Shown here: positions 1 to 11,813 of the stretch, piece after piece
Layout of the letters: each line of letters opens with the position of its first letter
How positions within the stretch are numbered: the stretch's first letter is position 1
From: Octopus sinensis
Lineage: Eukaryota
DNA length: 64,000 nt
Direction: 5' to 3'
NCBI RefSeq assembly: GCF_006345805.1
Contig: NC_043009.1
Coordinates: 30,628,001-30,692,000, forward strand
Position numbers and translations under genes: made by a program
The notes under the pieces: generated by a model
Databases searched by the model: none
What the model was told of the DNA's origin: nothing
The model's input: the letters and a program-made list of their open reading frames with translations, nothing else

Positions 1-287
1 CATACTGTCCCCTACCTATTTTTACTTCCTCCTACTATCCATTTTTGACTTGAATGCTTCTAATGGATTTTTTTAAACAAACACTCATTATCGCTTTGGT
101 TACCATGTAGGCAATCATCGAAATTTTTGTTTGTCTTGTTGTCGAGAGAGGCTCCTTTTCTTTCTTGATGAGAAGATTGCTTAATGCACCCTTTATTCCT
201 TCGGAATGAAAATATGCTGTTTTCGAAATATGTGTCGAGAGTAAAGGAATTTTGTTAACATCTTCGTTCGACTCCATTCTTTCATAT

Positions 288-356
<69 letters not shown>

Positions 357-822
357 ATGCATCTCCTCTCCCCTTCACCGTTCCCTCGCTCGCTCTCTCT
401 CTCTCTCTCACACACTCTACCTCCACAGCATTTATAACCTATGATGATATACAGAGATAATTGTTAAGCTTAATCCCAATTTTTTCAATCAAATTTTATA
501 CTTAAATGTTAAATATATTTCACTACCGCCAACAGCAAAAGTGTAACTTAGAACTGGTTTACTGTGATAGAATCTTCTCTGAAATTTCGAAAATTCAGCA
601 AACACAACTTACTCTACCTTGCAAAATCATCATGTGGAGCTACGATCTGCTTAGCCTAAATTATTTTTCACATATTCCTCTTATTTCTTGATGCATTTAT
701 TGTGATCCGACATTTCGATAAACTACATTTGAAATAATATGTTATGCAAATTAGTTACACCTTCACTATCAACATTGTGCCATCCACTAGTTCACTAACA
801 AGACCTAATCTTAGGCTATCTC

Positions 823-1054
823 AGGCGGCGAGCTGCCAAAAACGTTAGCACGCCGGGCGAAATGCTTATCAGTATTTCGTCTGCCACTACGTTCTGAGTT
901 CAAATTCCACCGAGGCCGACTTTACCTTTCATCCTTTCGGGGTCGATAAATTAAGTACCAGTTACGCACTGGGGTCGATATAATCGACTTAATCCGTTTG
1001 TCTGTCCTTGTTTGTCCGCTCTGTGTTTAGCTCCTTGTGGGTAGTAAAGAAATA
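823..1054 (+). mobile_element. tRNA-derived SINE, family AB, tail type A, full length
   Basis: Head AGGCGGCGAGCTGCC..., B-box-like GAGTTCAAATTCC, tail ending GTAAAGAAATA. 8-bp TSD GCTATCTC at 815-822 and 1055-1062. More than 10 homologous copies in the window. Confidence 0.85.
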
Positions 1055-1437
1055 GCTATCTCTTCCACTACAATTGCAGTGGTTACTGTTTCTATATATA
1101 GGCGTTTTGAGTGAAAATGAGTACACCAACCTGTCTAAAACAATGAATTATATTATTGCGAAGAATACGATCATTGTGGCGGCGAAAATGCCATCTGAAT
1201 CTACTTGAAATTGTTGCAAAATCAGGAACAGTATTTTGTATTATTAAATTTGGGATTAATGTTCTAAAGGTAGTTTGGTCACGACTAGAATGCATTTAAC
1301 CATTTCACTGATCAGTCAGGACTGAACCGGGGCTAAAAGCCAATGACTGCGAAATTTTCGTTTTTAATTTCTTCCCTTTTTCATTCCTCAAAACCTTACA
1401 TTAAACTATAGTGTCCTTCATCCTCTTACCGAGCTCA

Positions 1438-1485
<48 letters not shown>

Positions 1486-4463
1486 TAATCAGTCCCCGAT
1501 TGCTATTTCGGGATATTGTGATGCAAACTTTCAATCTGAATATATCAATGTCATCGACCTAACTAGTCAGGAAGAAGAATGTATAGTAACAACACAAATT
1601 ATTCTTCCTTCTGCTAGAAATGATTCTTTAATGGTTTCTTGTCGTAACATTTCCAATAAAAGAAATTATTGAAGCAAATATTCACCTTGGAATGTCAAAC
1701 TATTTTTGAAATATATTTTAATAAAATAATAAGGGCCATCATTTTAATAAGATCTATTTCAGTTCATATATATTTTGAATGAACATCAACGAGGCTTACA
1801 CGCTCTCATACAGACATTTGTGCGTGTCAGTATACATTATATGTATGCGTTTATGCTTATGTGTACATATACATGTATGTGTATATACGTATATATGCAT
1901 GTGTGTGTGTGTATATATGTATGTATGTAAATTCTAGTTTTATATGTTTCTAATATACTCTCCTACCGAGAAACAATTGGCCGCTAACCAAGAAGCAAAC
2001 CTCCCTCATTTGAATTTAGCCAGCGTTAACTAAATGTGTATACCTGTGTGACTGTGTGTGTGAGGGAGAAAGAGAAAGTGCACGTTTGCATGGAAACACG
2101 CCATGATGTGGTGTATAAATATGCAAGATAAAACTGTATTTATGTCACTAAATTGACTGAATCTTAAAATCAGTGACAAATTAACTTACGAGACACCTTC
2201 AAGCACTTTATATCCAGACGTCAAATTCTGTGAAGGACAACTTTCGTTTTAATCTTTTAGAGGTCCATACCATACCATAAAGTGTCAGTACCTATTCATG
2301 GATCTGTGGAATTGTTAGAGCATTTGTCAAAATGTTGTCGAAGTGTTCTAAACTTGCGTTCGACAACACAAATGCCAAGCTTTCCGCCCTTGCCTATATA
2401 AGAACAATTATGTAGATGAAGAGAAGGAAATTTCCTGTACTATCAACTACAGTCCTACAATAAAACACATTCCCTACATTTGCATCCATGATAGGATCAT
2501 CTAGGATACGCATAAATTGTAAATATTTACCAAGTAAAACTTTTCTTCTATATTTATAGATATATTTCTATGCTTATGCATGCGCTTGTGCATATACCTC
2601 TGTCTAAGATAGAGGAATATTTCACTGGGAATTACAGCTCAATTAATGGCTAGTAATTGATGATTTGTAAAGTAATCATATTTTTTCTGGTTTCATAAAA
2701 CCCAACATTTGTGCGCTGTACATTTGAAACTTACGTATGTCTATATCAATAATTTATGTATATATATGTGCACACATTGATATACACTAATACACACACA
2801 TATCTCTAAATATATGTGTGTGTATTTGTGTGTGTGTGTGTGCGCGTGTATATAAATACACATACACATATATATGTATATACCTGTAAGTATATGTACG
2901 CATAGAGGAATTTACATATTCCCTTTTTGTGTATGTTTTTAGACGCGATTTGTTTTCAATTTGGAATTTTTGCTTCACATAAAAGATTCTAGAAATTATA
3001 TCAATAAATAAATAAAAGCACAGGGATTGAAATGACAAACCTGACCAAAATATATGGGTTTGGGAAATGTTATAGAAAACTTTTGCATTTCACCAAATGC
3101 ATTGACTCTAAATTTTTAATCAAAAACCATTTGTTCGATCCAAGCATAAAAAGGGCGTGTGTGTGTATGTGCATATAACCGAAAGATGAAATAAATTACA
3201 AGACAAAATTGTTGAAATGGAATGACAAAATCAACTAGAATTCACAAGGAAAACAAAATAGTTTAAATATCAAAAATATCTAAATTTCTTCCCATTGCAT
3301 TTAATAGATAAGAAAACTCAACACATTTTAATGCTTGCATTCTATTAAGCATCAAATACAAAGAATTACTTATTATTTTTTCAGTTATGCATTACCACTT
3401 CCTACAAGAAAAATACCCTTGTCAAAACCGTATAAATTCTTTAACTATGAATTTATATGTTCATGATAAATATTTTAATCTATCCATCTATATTTATATA
3501 AATATTCTTTTTTTCATAATGGCGAGATCATCGGAAAATTTCTTCTTCTCTGATACACTGTAGTAATTGTTATTAACAGTCGTAACAGTTGTTAGAAGCA
3601 GCAGCTTTTAGTAAAACAAAAAAAAAAACATTTTGTGTAGATAAAAGATGTTTATTGAAATTTTTTGCTAATTTTAAATGGAAATCGGAAATAAAATAGA
3701 AGCCAAAATTCTGCAAGTGTAAGAGGAGATGCATTTTCTTTTTTTTTTTTTCATCATTATTTCTGTTTAGAAAAAAAAAAAAACTGGAGAAATTTCGAAT
3801 TCATTCGGCAGCAACAACCGTTTTGCTTTTAGTATTTTTAATTCTAATAGCAGAAATGCTTACATATTTTGTCCAAATTAAAAAAGCATTAGCTAAACAC
3901 TTTCTGTTTTTTCCGGGTTTTTTTTTTGGCGTACTTAATGACCATAAATTGTGGTCATTATTTCAATGATAATGTGATGTCTTGACAGAATTGGTTGAGC
4001 GTCCTACACTCAATACTTCCAGCTCTGTACGTTCTGTGTTCAAAAAAGACTATGGTCATGTTTACTGTTTATCTTTCCGTGATCAATAAAATAATGCAAC
4101 AGTCGTGTGCTGGGAGTTATTGCAATCGCCATGCTCGTTACCTTAAAGTTGTTGGTACCGTACCTAAATTATGCCATCAGTAGTTTGCTTTGGTTTAAGA
4201 TGGTCATCAATGAAGTTTAACAAGAGGTGAACTTGTTACGAGCAGTTTCCATTATCACCGTCCTTCCTGATGCTGTTGCTGTTGCTTCAGTTTAAACTAA
4301 CGTTAAATCACATTAAGCAATCCTGAATTCAAGGGTATTCCTGCCTTGACTATTCAATATTTTCCCAATACTGTTCTACACTAGATACATGTAGTGTTGG
4401 ATTTATCTAGAGACTAGAGTGGCTGAAATTTAATCCCTCAAAATCCGGTGACATCCCACAAAG

Positions 4464-4496
<33 letters not shown>

Positions 4497-5937
4497 ATAT
4501 ATATATTGTTATATTTCGGAATGGTCATATTGCCAGTTTAGCCAATGAAAACACACGCACTATATATTTGGTGTTATTTTGCTTCAGTGTTATTTGTTTT
4601 TTACATTAATCTTAATCTTATTTCGGCCAGAGTTCTTTCATCACACTCCTGTGACTGCATCAGTGGTCCTTTGTTTTCTTCTTTCTTATTTGTGTCTCTC
4701 CTTACTAACCGTCAGCCATTTTGTATTTCTATTGCATGTCTTCATTTATATATATATAATTATTAAAGGGACAACAAACGTTAAGGCAAGGCAAAAATCT
4801 CAAGTCATATACAATATTATTATTGGTCATACAGCTGTTTCTGGGATAACCCCGCGTATGGGATACTCCGTCATCAAAGACAAATAGGGAACAATAGGAA
4901 AGATTGCGAAGTTTATATATTAATGAAATGACGACATAGAGCAAGGGAGTAAAGGAATAAAGAGATGCAGAGAGAGAAGAAAAAAGAAGCATAAAAGTTC
5001 ATAGGTCAACTTTCCGATGTTATAGAAACAAGTGCATCAGTCTTTAGGTGCAATCCTGCACAGATCCATGTGTGATAAAATCCTGACATTCTAAATATCC
5101 AAAGAAAAATGACGCGAACATGTCAACGTTAAATAACAGAACGGTAACGGGGGTAGCTATTAAGTGGTAAAAGGAAAGAAATGTAATTAAATAGAAACAG
5201 AGGTAAGGATCAAAGTGTAGGGAGAAAGTTAGCTTCAAACAAATCGTGGTAGATATAAAAACAACTTTCAGGGATAATAGTGGTTTATTGAGTCAGAAAG
5301 TTGAAGATGTTTTTCTACTCGAAGTACGATGAATTGAAAAAAGTTATTTTTATATTTCACGGTAGGCAACCAGGGTTGCCGGGTATGCAAATGAGAAAAC
5401 AAGAGTTAAGGGTTAATAAGATCCGGGTTACGTATATTTCATAGTGAGGGAAACCTCAGAAGTGGTATATATCCAAGCGAGAAGTTACTCATCAAGCCAA
5501 GGATATCTTCATCAAATAACAGTTTACATTGTTGGAAGGAGGTACATGTTAACACATGGAAGATTCAATCCGAATCTTATATATTTACCTGATATATATA
5601 TATAAATATATATATATATACATATACGAGTGAGTAGACAAACGAAAGAAGGGCACTCTACACATTTATTGAGATTTAGATGGCCAAAGATTGGCCACTC
5701 GCTTGAAACTCAGAGAACCAAGGAGGCTGACTCGATCTGTTTCGATCTATCTATCTAACTATATGTATGTTTGTGTGTGTGTGTTTGTGTCTATAACAAT
5801 TCGTTTTACAAGATTCCTGATTGAAATCGTTTGCTGAAGCAGATGTATTTCAGAATGGTCATTTTTTTTCTTTTGCCAAATAAGCACAGGCACTTTGGAA
5901 AAAAAAAATGACCATCCTGAAATACGATATATATTCT

Positions 5938-6995
5938 GTCCCACGCTGCCGTACTTGCTCTTCCCTCTCCGACACCACTATCCTCACATGCACCCGTCAT
6001 CGTCCCTGTCATATCACCGACTCCTTTACCTGCACTTCTAGCAAAGTCATTTGCTGCATCTACTGCTCTTTCTGCCCTTCTCTGTAAATCGGTCAAACGG
6101 AACGCCGCTTGGATGGCCGGTTCGTAGAGCACCTCCGAGACATCAGACTCGGCAATGACACCCCGTTCTCGCGCTATTTCCGCTCTATCAGTCATTCACT
6201 ACAACACCTATGTTCGGATTGTCTTTGTACAGGGGCCATCCGGACTCCTTCTTTCGCCGTGAACAGGAATTGATCTTCTCTCTTTCCTCCTTTGCGCCAC
6301 ATGGGTTCAGTTTTTTCCTCCCTTCATCTGACTCCCCTCCTCTCCTCTCTTCCACCGACACCTACTTCCTCTCTTCACTCCTACCCACGTTCTTCATTGA
6401 TACCCCTCCACCCACACATACACACCAACATCCCCACTCCACACACATATCCCCAACCCACAGCCTCACCCCACACTCTTATCCCACACCACACACGACC
6501 ACGTCACCACACTACATCACACCACCTCACACTACTCCACACACTAGCACTGACCACTTCCCAGCAGCCACACCACACACCATCATCTGCACATCCACAC
6601 ACCATCATCCACACACCAACACATTTCAGACGCGCGCACACACGCACATATCCACACACGTCAAAATCACTAGCTCTTATCCACACACGTTCTCACATAC
6701 ACACATTCACACGCACGCGCACCTTCATTTTGGGATCACCAAACTATATTATCTCTTTCCTTCTTACTACCTGTCCTGTCAAATCTTTTTCCCAACCAGT
6801 CATCATACTTGATCGCTAAATCCACACGTTTTTCATTCTCTCTCTGTTTATTTTCTTTTATTCCTTTGTGTAAAAGGAATAAAACGTAAAAGAAGGAAAC
6901 GTAAAAGACTCTCTCCCTTTCCCGAGCGTCAGACAAATACACTTGCTTGTTGTTCATACACCTGTCTTCATCTTTTGCTTGTCTGTAATTTTCAG

Positions 6996-6996
<1 letters not shown>
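5938..6996 (+). mobile_element. Penelope-like retroelement, 5'-truncated 3' fragment (Cys motif, GIY-YIG endonuclease, 3' UTR/pLTR)
   Basis: Frame from 5938 reads VPRCRTCSSLSDTTILTCTRHRPCHITDSFTCTSSKVICCIYCSFCPSL*IGQTERRLDGRFVEHLRDIR, with TAA at 6085-6087 replacing the Y of YIG. After a frameshift near 6205-6210 it continues FGLSLYRGHPDSFFRREQELIFSLSSFAPHG. Then a CA-rich UTR and a terminal segment (6860-6996) homologous to 7822-7966 and 51530-51664; ends at (TA)n. Confidence 0.85.
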
Positions 6997-7036
<40 letters not shown>

Positions 7037-7118
7037 GGTCCCGGGTTGAGTCGGTGTTAACCACAGTAAATAAGGTACTCAATACATAGCAGAGTAAATT
7101 AATTTATTTTATAGAAGG

Positions 7119-7169
7119 AGCTTCTACAGGACTAGAACTGTTTCATTCAAATGAAATCTTCAGGAAGCT
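7119..7169 (-). ncRNA. Type I hammerhead ribozyme motif (mirror copy)
   Basis: Reverse-complement twin of 7239-7289. Stem II reads UUUCAUUUGAAU (3 WC pairs above a U-U), better than the + copy. Predicted cleavage 3' of position 7125 on the - strand. Confidence 0.78.
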
Positions 7170-7238
7170 GGCTGTCAAAATAAGGTCTGGTATTTATACA
7201 TTTTAAATGTATAAATACCAGACCTTATTTTGACAGCC

Positions 7239-7289
7239 AGCTTCCTGAAGATTGCATTTGAATGAAACAGTTCTAGTCCTGTAGAAGCT
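7239..7289 (+). ncRNA. Type I hammerhead ribozyme motif
   Basis: Stem I AGCUUC (7239-44)/GAAGCU (7284-89); core CUGAAGA 7245-51; weak stem II 7252-63; GAAA 7264-67; stem III ACAG/CUGU around loop UUCUAGUC; predicted GUA cleavage 3' of 7283. Confidence 0.75.
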
Positions 7290-7300
7290 CCTTCTATAAA

Positions 7301-7380
<80 letters not shown>

Positions 7381-7394
7381 AATTTAATATTTAA

Positions 7395-7545
7395 GGTGGG
7401 CTTCTTTCAGTTTCCCTCTAACAAATCCACTCACAAGTCTTTAGTTGGCCCGAGGTTATAGTAGAAGACACTTGTTCAATGTGTCACGAGTGGGACTGAA
7501 CCTCGGAACCATGTGTTCGGGAAGTAAGCCTCTTACTACACACAT
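7395..7545 (-). mobile_element. SINE family C, 5' half
   Basis: Homologous to 11655-11813 (CTTTCAGTTTCC...AAATCCACTCACAAG...AGTGGGACTGAACC). Confidence 0.75.
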
Positions 7546-7769
7546 ATTTATTCTGTGAAAAACCTACTTTTACAGTTTATTTTCGTAAGTCTAAATATGA
7601 AGAATGAAGCAATTTTCTTGTGCTAAAATGTTAGGCTTGATTTAATTCCACAAAAAATGTATATGTATATAAAACGTTGACGCATTTTAAACATTTTCCC
7701 AGTTCTATCTAGACACACACACACACACACACATACACACACACACATACACACACACACAGACATACA

Positions 7770-7805
<36 letters not shown>

Positions 7806-7821
7806 TATATATACATATATA

Positions 7822-7966
7822 TCTGTGTATCTTTCTGTTGAAGAGCGTAGGCTCGAAAAGTTAAAGACTTGTTTTATTTATATTTCCTGAGCGCCATACT
7901 AATACAATTGTTCGTTTGTTTTCCACCTGCCTTCGTCTTTTGTTTATTTTCATAAAGCTTCCCGTT
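7822..7966 (+). mobile_element. Solo PLE terminal fragment with minimal HHR-like motif (7830-7867)
   Basis: UCUUU-CUGUUGA-A-GAGC(GUAG)GCUC-GAAA-AG-UU-AAAGA. Downstream sequence matches the 3' end of the GIY-YIG element (6900-6996). Ends in (TA)n. Confidence 0.7.
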
Positions 7967-7998
7967 ATATATATATATAAATATATATATATATGTAT

Positions 7999-8226
7999 AA
8001 GGCGTGCTGGCAGACTCGTTAGCGCGCCGGGCGAAATGCTTAGCGGTATTTCGTCTGTCGTTACGTTCTGAGTTCAAATTCCGCCGAGGTCGACTTTACC
8101 GTTCATCCTTTGGGGGTCGATAAATAAAGTACCAGTTTCGGACTTGGGGGGGGCATGTAATCGACTTAATCCCTTTGTCTGTCCTTGTTTGTCCCCTCTA
8201 TGTTTAGCCCCTTGTGGGCAATAGAG

Positions 8227-8230
<4 letters not shown>
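7999..8230 (+). mobile_element. SINE family AB, tail A, inside (TA)n
   Basis: Same head, B-box-like motif and CCCCTTGTGGGCAATAGAGAAATA tail as 823-1054. Confidence 0.85.
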
Positions 8231-8264
<34 letters not shown>

Positions 8265-8266
<2 letters not shown>

Positions 8267-8452
8267 AACAAAAACGCAATAGAGGACATTATAACATTCG
8301 GACAGATAGACGATACAAAGGCGGACAAGTGAAACAACAATTAGAAGGACAGGCAAAATAAAAGACGTGTCATTCGTGGCTTTCCTTCCTCAGTCAAGTT
8401 CCAGAAGTCATGAGCATTTCGGGCAGTTACACTTGAGATGGTTCGATCTGGT
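8265..8452 (-). mobile_element. Short (TA)n-flanked retroelement terminus, related to 24640-24800
   Basis: Shares CGAATGACNCGTC and TTGTATCGTNTATCTG with the 24.7-kb copy; both abut (TA)n. Confidence 0.5.
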
Positions 8453-9748
8453 ATACATATATATGTGTGTGTATATATAAATAAGGATAAGATAGTTAAT
8501 TTAAATATCGATCGTATCTAGTGGCCAGTATGGGCATAAAAACCTTCAAAGGTAATAATTATTATAATTTAGGGTATCTAAGACATACCTCCACGCTGAA
8601 AACAGCAGCCAAAACTTGACTCTAAAACTACATTAAATGTTCATACCCCACCAATACATACATACACATACACACACATACACACACACGCATATACATA
8701 TATACATACGAAATTTCTTGACTGAAAATTTCATAGCATTAAGGGTATCGTGAAGGGCCTGTGGAGGCCCAACCTTTCGAGGCTTTTTTTTTTACAGGGC
8801 GTAGAAAAACTAAAGGGGCCTCCACAATAAGAGTGTCAATCTGAAAGGGGAATATGTTGAATAAAATCATAATTGACTGATACCCCTTATTTTCTTTTTA
8901 CCCGCCCCGCATATTTGTATATATATGTGTCTGTGTGTGTATAAATATATACATATATATATTTAGATATGCACATATATACATGAGTGATTGTGTGTGT
9001 GTGTGTAAGTCTCAGCTGGATAGTTTTAATAAGTGTCTTATATTAACTGATGTTTATACATAGTAATTGAAGCGATAGCCTTTTACCCACCCTAACTGAT
9101 AACTTCCAGCTTCCTTCGGCGCAACCTGCCACCACAACCACCACCACAGCCGCCGCCATCACCACCAACACGACAACCACTACCACATTCATTCTACGCG
9201 GGTTTGATCTCCTGGTTTATCCAATTCACTCAATATTTACTGTAGTAACACTGTGAAGTAATGTATCTCTTATCAGATAACAGAGTTTTGTGGAAAGGGT
9301 TTTACTGACGCAACGAATGACACATAACACACGTTTACTGTTGGACGGGAGTAAATGAAACAGTCGTGGAATGATAACAATTTATACTGGGATTGACTAA
9401 GAGAGCATGAGAGAAGAAAGATGGTGAGATAGACTGAGAGAAAGGGAGAGAGAGACAGGGGGAAGGAGAGAGAGAGAGAGCTAAAGAGGAAAGATTAACG
9501 GCTGAGAAGAATTCAAGTTTCAGTAAATGCCTACACACACTCATATATGTGTTCAAATTATATATTTATGTATGTATGTATGTATGTATGTAATACGATA
9601 TGATATGAGTGTGTGTATATAAAGAAAAAAGAAAAGAGGAGGAGAGAGAGAACTGAAGCGGTCCAGGGCAAGGAAAACCATAGTTCAACTGAGTACTTAA
9701 TAAGCAAGTTGAGCGGAATCTATATATACATGCATACGTATGTATATG

Positions 9749-9789
<41 letters not shown>

Positions 9790-11176
9790 GTATATATATA
9801 TATATATATACATATATATATTTATATATATATGTATATATATGTATATATATATATACACATATATATATATATACACACACATCTACAGGCACACATA
9901 CATCGTACATATGTAGGTGTATATACACATATGTGTATGTGTGTGTGTACAGAGAGAGTGAAATACTATATATGTATTCTATATATATTTGCTTACACCC
10001 AAACGCATATGTATGTATATTTTTTTACACACACGCAGGTGTGTGTATGCGTGTGTTCCTGTGCATTTGTACGTATATGCATCATTAACTCTATATGTCT
10101 CCGTGGATGTGTGTGTGTATGTTTGTCGGTGTATGCGTATGTATAAACAGGCGTAACTCGGTAATGGTAAACCTATTAAATATTATGTACATTTGCTGCT
10201 CCTGCTGTGATAACATTTAGACACCAATTACATGCATGTCGATTGCTCTAGCAGGCAAAGTGTAAAGATAAGGAGTTTGGAAAAGATAAAGTAACTGCTA
10301 CCATGTTTACCATATATTAGAAGATAAGATAAAGATTTCTACTGAGGAAACTTCCCTAGTAACCGACTGGGAAACTAAGTAATTTTGCAACTAAATAAAT
10401 AATTCTTTATATTGTCAACATTAAGATTGTTGGAAGTGACAGAGAAGAAATAGCGGCTTGTCGAAATACGTGACATGTACGCTGGCCATTTCTGTATTCT
10501 GATTCGAAAACGTGCCTGATTTCATCTGCTCCTTACAAAGGTTAGAATAAATGTAACGGTTTTTTATACTGAGGTCAGATGAAACGATTCGAAATCCTTC
10601 TCTGTGGCCTGTTGCCAATCTTGGAAATTATTCCTATTTAATTTCATTTTTTTTCCCGTCTGCTCATTTTAGCACAACTTCCTGTAATTAAATTGAGTTT
10701 GTTGTTGTTGTTTAACCCGGTGTTAACCCTCATAGAAAACTCAGACTTTAAGATCAAAGGGCGTCCAAGTCATTGTATTGATTTGCAGATATGCATGTAT
10801 GGTTAACTCTTTGCGTTGTAGCAAATGTAACGACATATGTCAGCCAGTCAAAAAACGCACGATATCACAAGAATCGTACTGCATTAGCAAATAGGCTTTT
10901 GAATTATAACAATTTTTTTTTACAAATAGGATATCAAAAGCTAGTAGGATCACTTCGAAATCCCATGGTTTCCTATACGATTCAAATCATGCAGGCCCTT
11001 GGATAAACCATAGCCTCGTGGATGATAAATGAATTTTCAGTCAACTTTTATTCGTGGAAACCGTTTGTTATGTATGTATGTATGTATGTATGTATGTATG
11101 TATGTATGTATGTATGTATGTATGTATGTTTGTGCGTGTGTATGTATGTTTGTGCGTATGTATGTAAGTATGTATA

Positions 11177-11290
11177 TCATTATTCAGTTTTATTTCAGGA
11201 TTTCTTGCCAATATAGTAAGAGCTGGTTTCTAACCTAGTTCCAAGGCTCCTTCTTTGGAATTTCAACGCTAAAAAAAACTGGGTATTTTT
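11177..11290 (-). mobile_element. ~110-bp repeat with AATAAA and (ACAT)n tail
   Basis: Homologous to 57980-58090, with matching ends in both copies. Confidence 0.6.
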
Positions 11291-11402
11291 GTATGTATGT
11301 ATGTATGTATGTATGTATGTATATGTGCAGATTTGTATGTATATCTTCTCGTGCGTATACTTGCATATATGTATGTATGCATTCGCTTACGTGTGCATGT
11401 AT

Positions 11403-11813
11403 ACTCTTTACTCTTTACTCTTTTACTTGTTTCAGTCATTTGACTGCGGCTATGCTGGAGCACCGCCTTTAATCGAGCAACTCGACCCCAGGACTTATTC
11501 TTTTGTAAGCCCAGTACTTATTCTATCGGTCTCTTTTGCCGAACCGCTAAGTAACGGGGACGTAAACACACCAGCATCGGTTGTCAAGCAATGCTAGGGG
11601 GACAAACACATACACACAAACACACACACGCATATATATATACATATATACGACGGGCTTCTTTCAGTTTCCGCCTACCAAATCCACTCACAAGGCTTTG
11701 ATTGGCCCGAGGCTATAGTGGAAGACACTCGCCCAAGGTGCCACGCAGTGGGATTGCACCCGGTACCATGTGGTTGGTAAGCAAGCTACTTACCCACAGC
11801 CACTCCTGCGCCT
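11403..11813 (-). mobile_element. tRNA-derived SINE family C, full length, CORE-like segment
   Basis: - strand: AGGCGCAGGAGTGGCTGTGTGGGTAAG head, GTGGCACCTTGGGCGAGTGTC (resembles the start of the CORE domain), internal TA/TG tract, tail of (TAAAGAG)-type repeats. Copies at 25268 and 55505. Confidence 0.85.

Larger units (their letters stand above)
7034..7303. mobile_element. HHR-bearing retroelement terminus (probably PLE pLTR) with a 99-bp inverted duplication
   Basis: Arms 7105-7203 and 7205-7303 are reverse complements (98/99, mismatch at 7154/7254, 1-nt spacer). Unpaired extension 7034-7104. Flanked on both sides by (TA)n. Confidence 0.8.

Noticed and set aside
35-426. ORFs of 126 and 77 aa
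   Set aside because: They run through (TA)n/(GA)n tracts, with no recognisable domain or splice context. The same applies to the many YIYI/HTHT/CVCV/IIII ORFs in the track.
5040-5560. Possible Penelope RT remnant on the - strand (IPGNPGCLP resembles HKPGNPGRP)
   Set aside because: One short motif amid stops; not enough to call without a profile search.
5806-6195. 129-aa - strand ORF (MTDRAEIARERG...)
   Set aside because: Antisense shadow of the + strand Penelope GIY-YIG frame.
6210-6819. 200- and 175-aa His/Thr/Pro-rich ORFs
   Set aside because: Only the first ~35 aa is PLE endonuclease tail; the rest is read-through into the CA-rich UTR.
10342-10385. CUGAGGA...GAAA hammerhead-like spacing
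   Set aside because: No stem I complementarity and no closed stem II. The same holds for 13591-13620.
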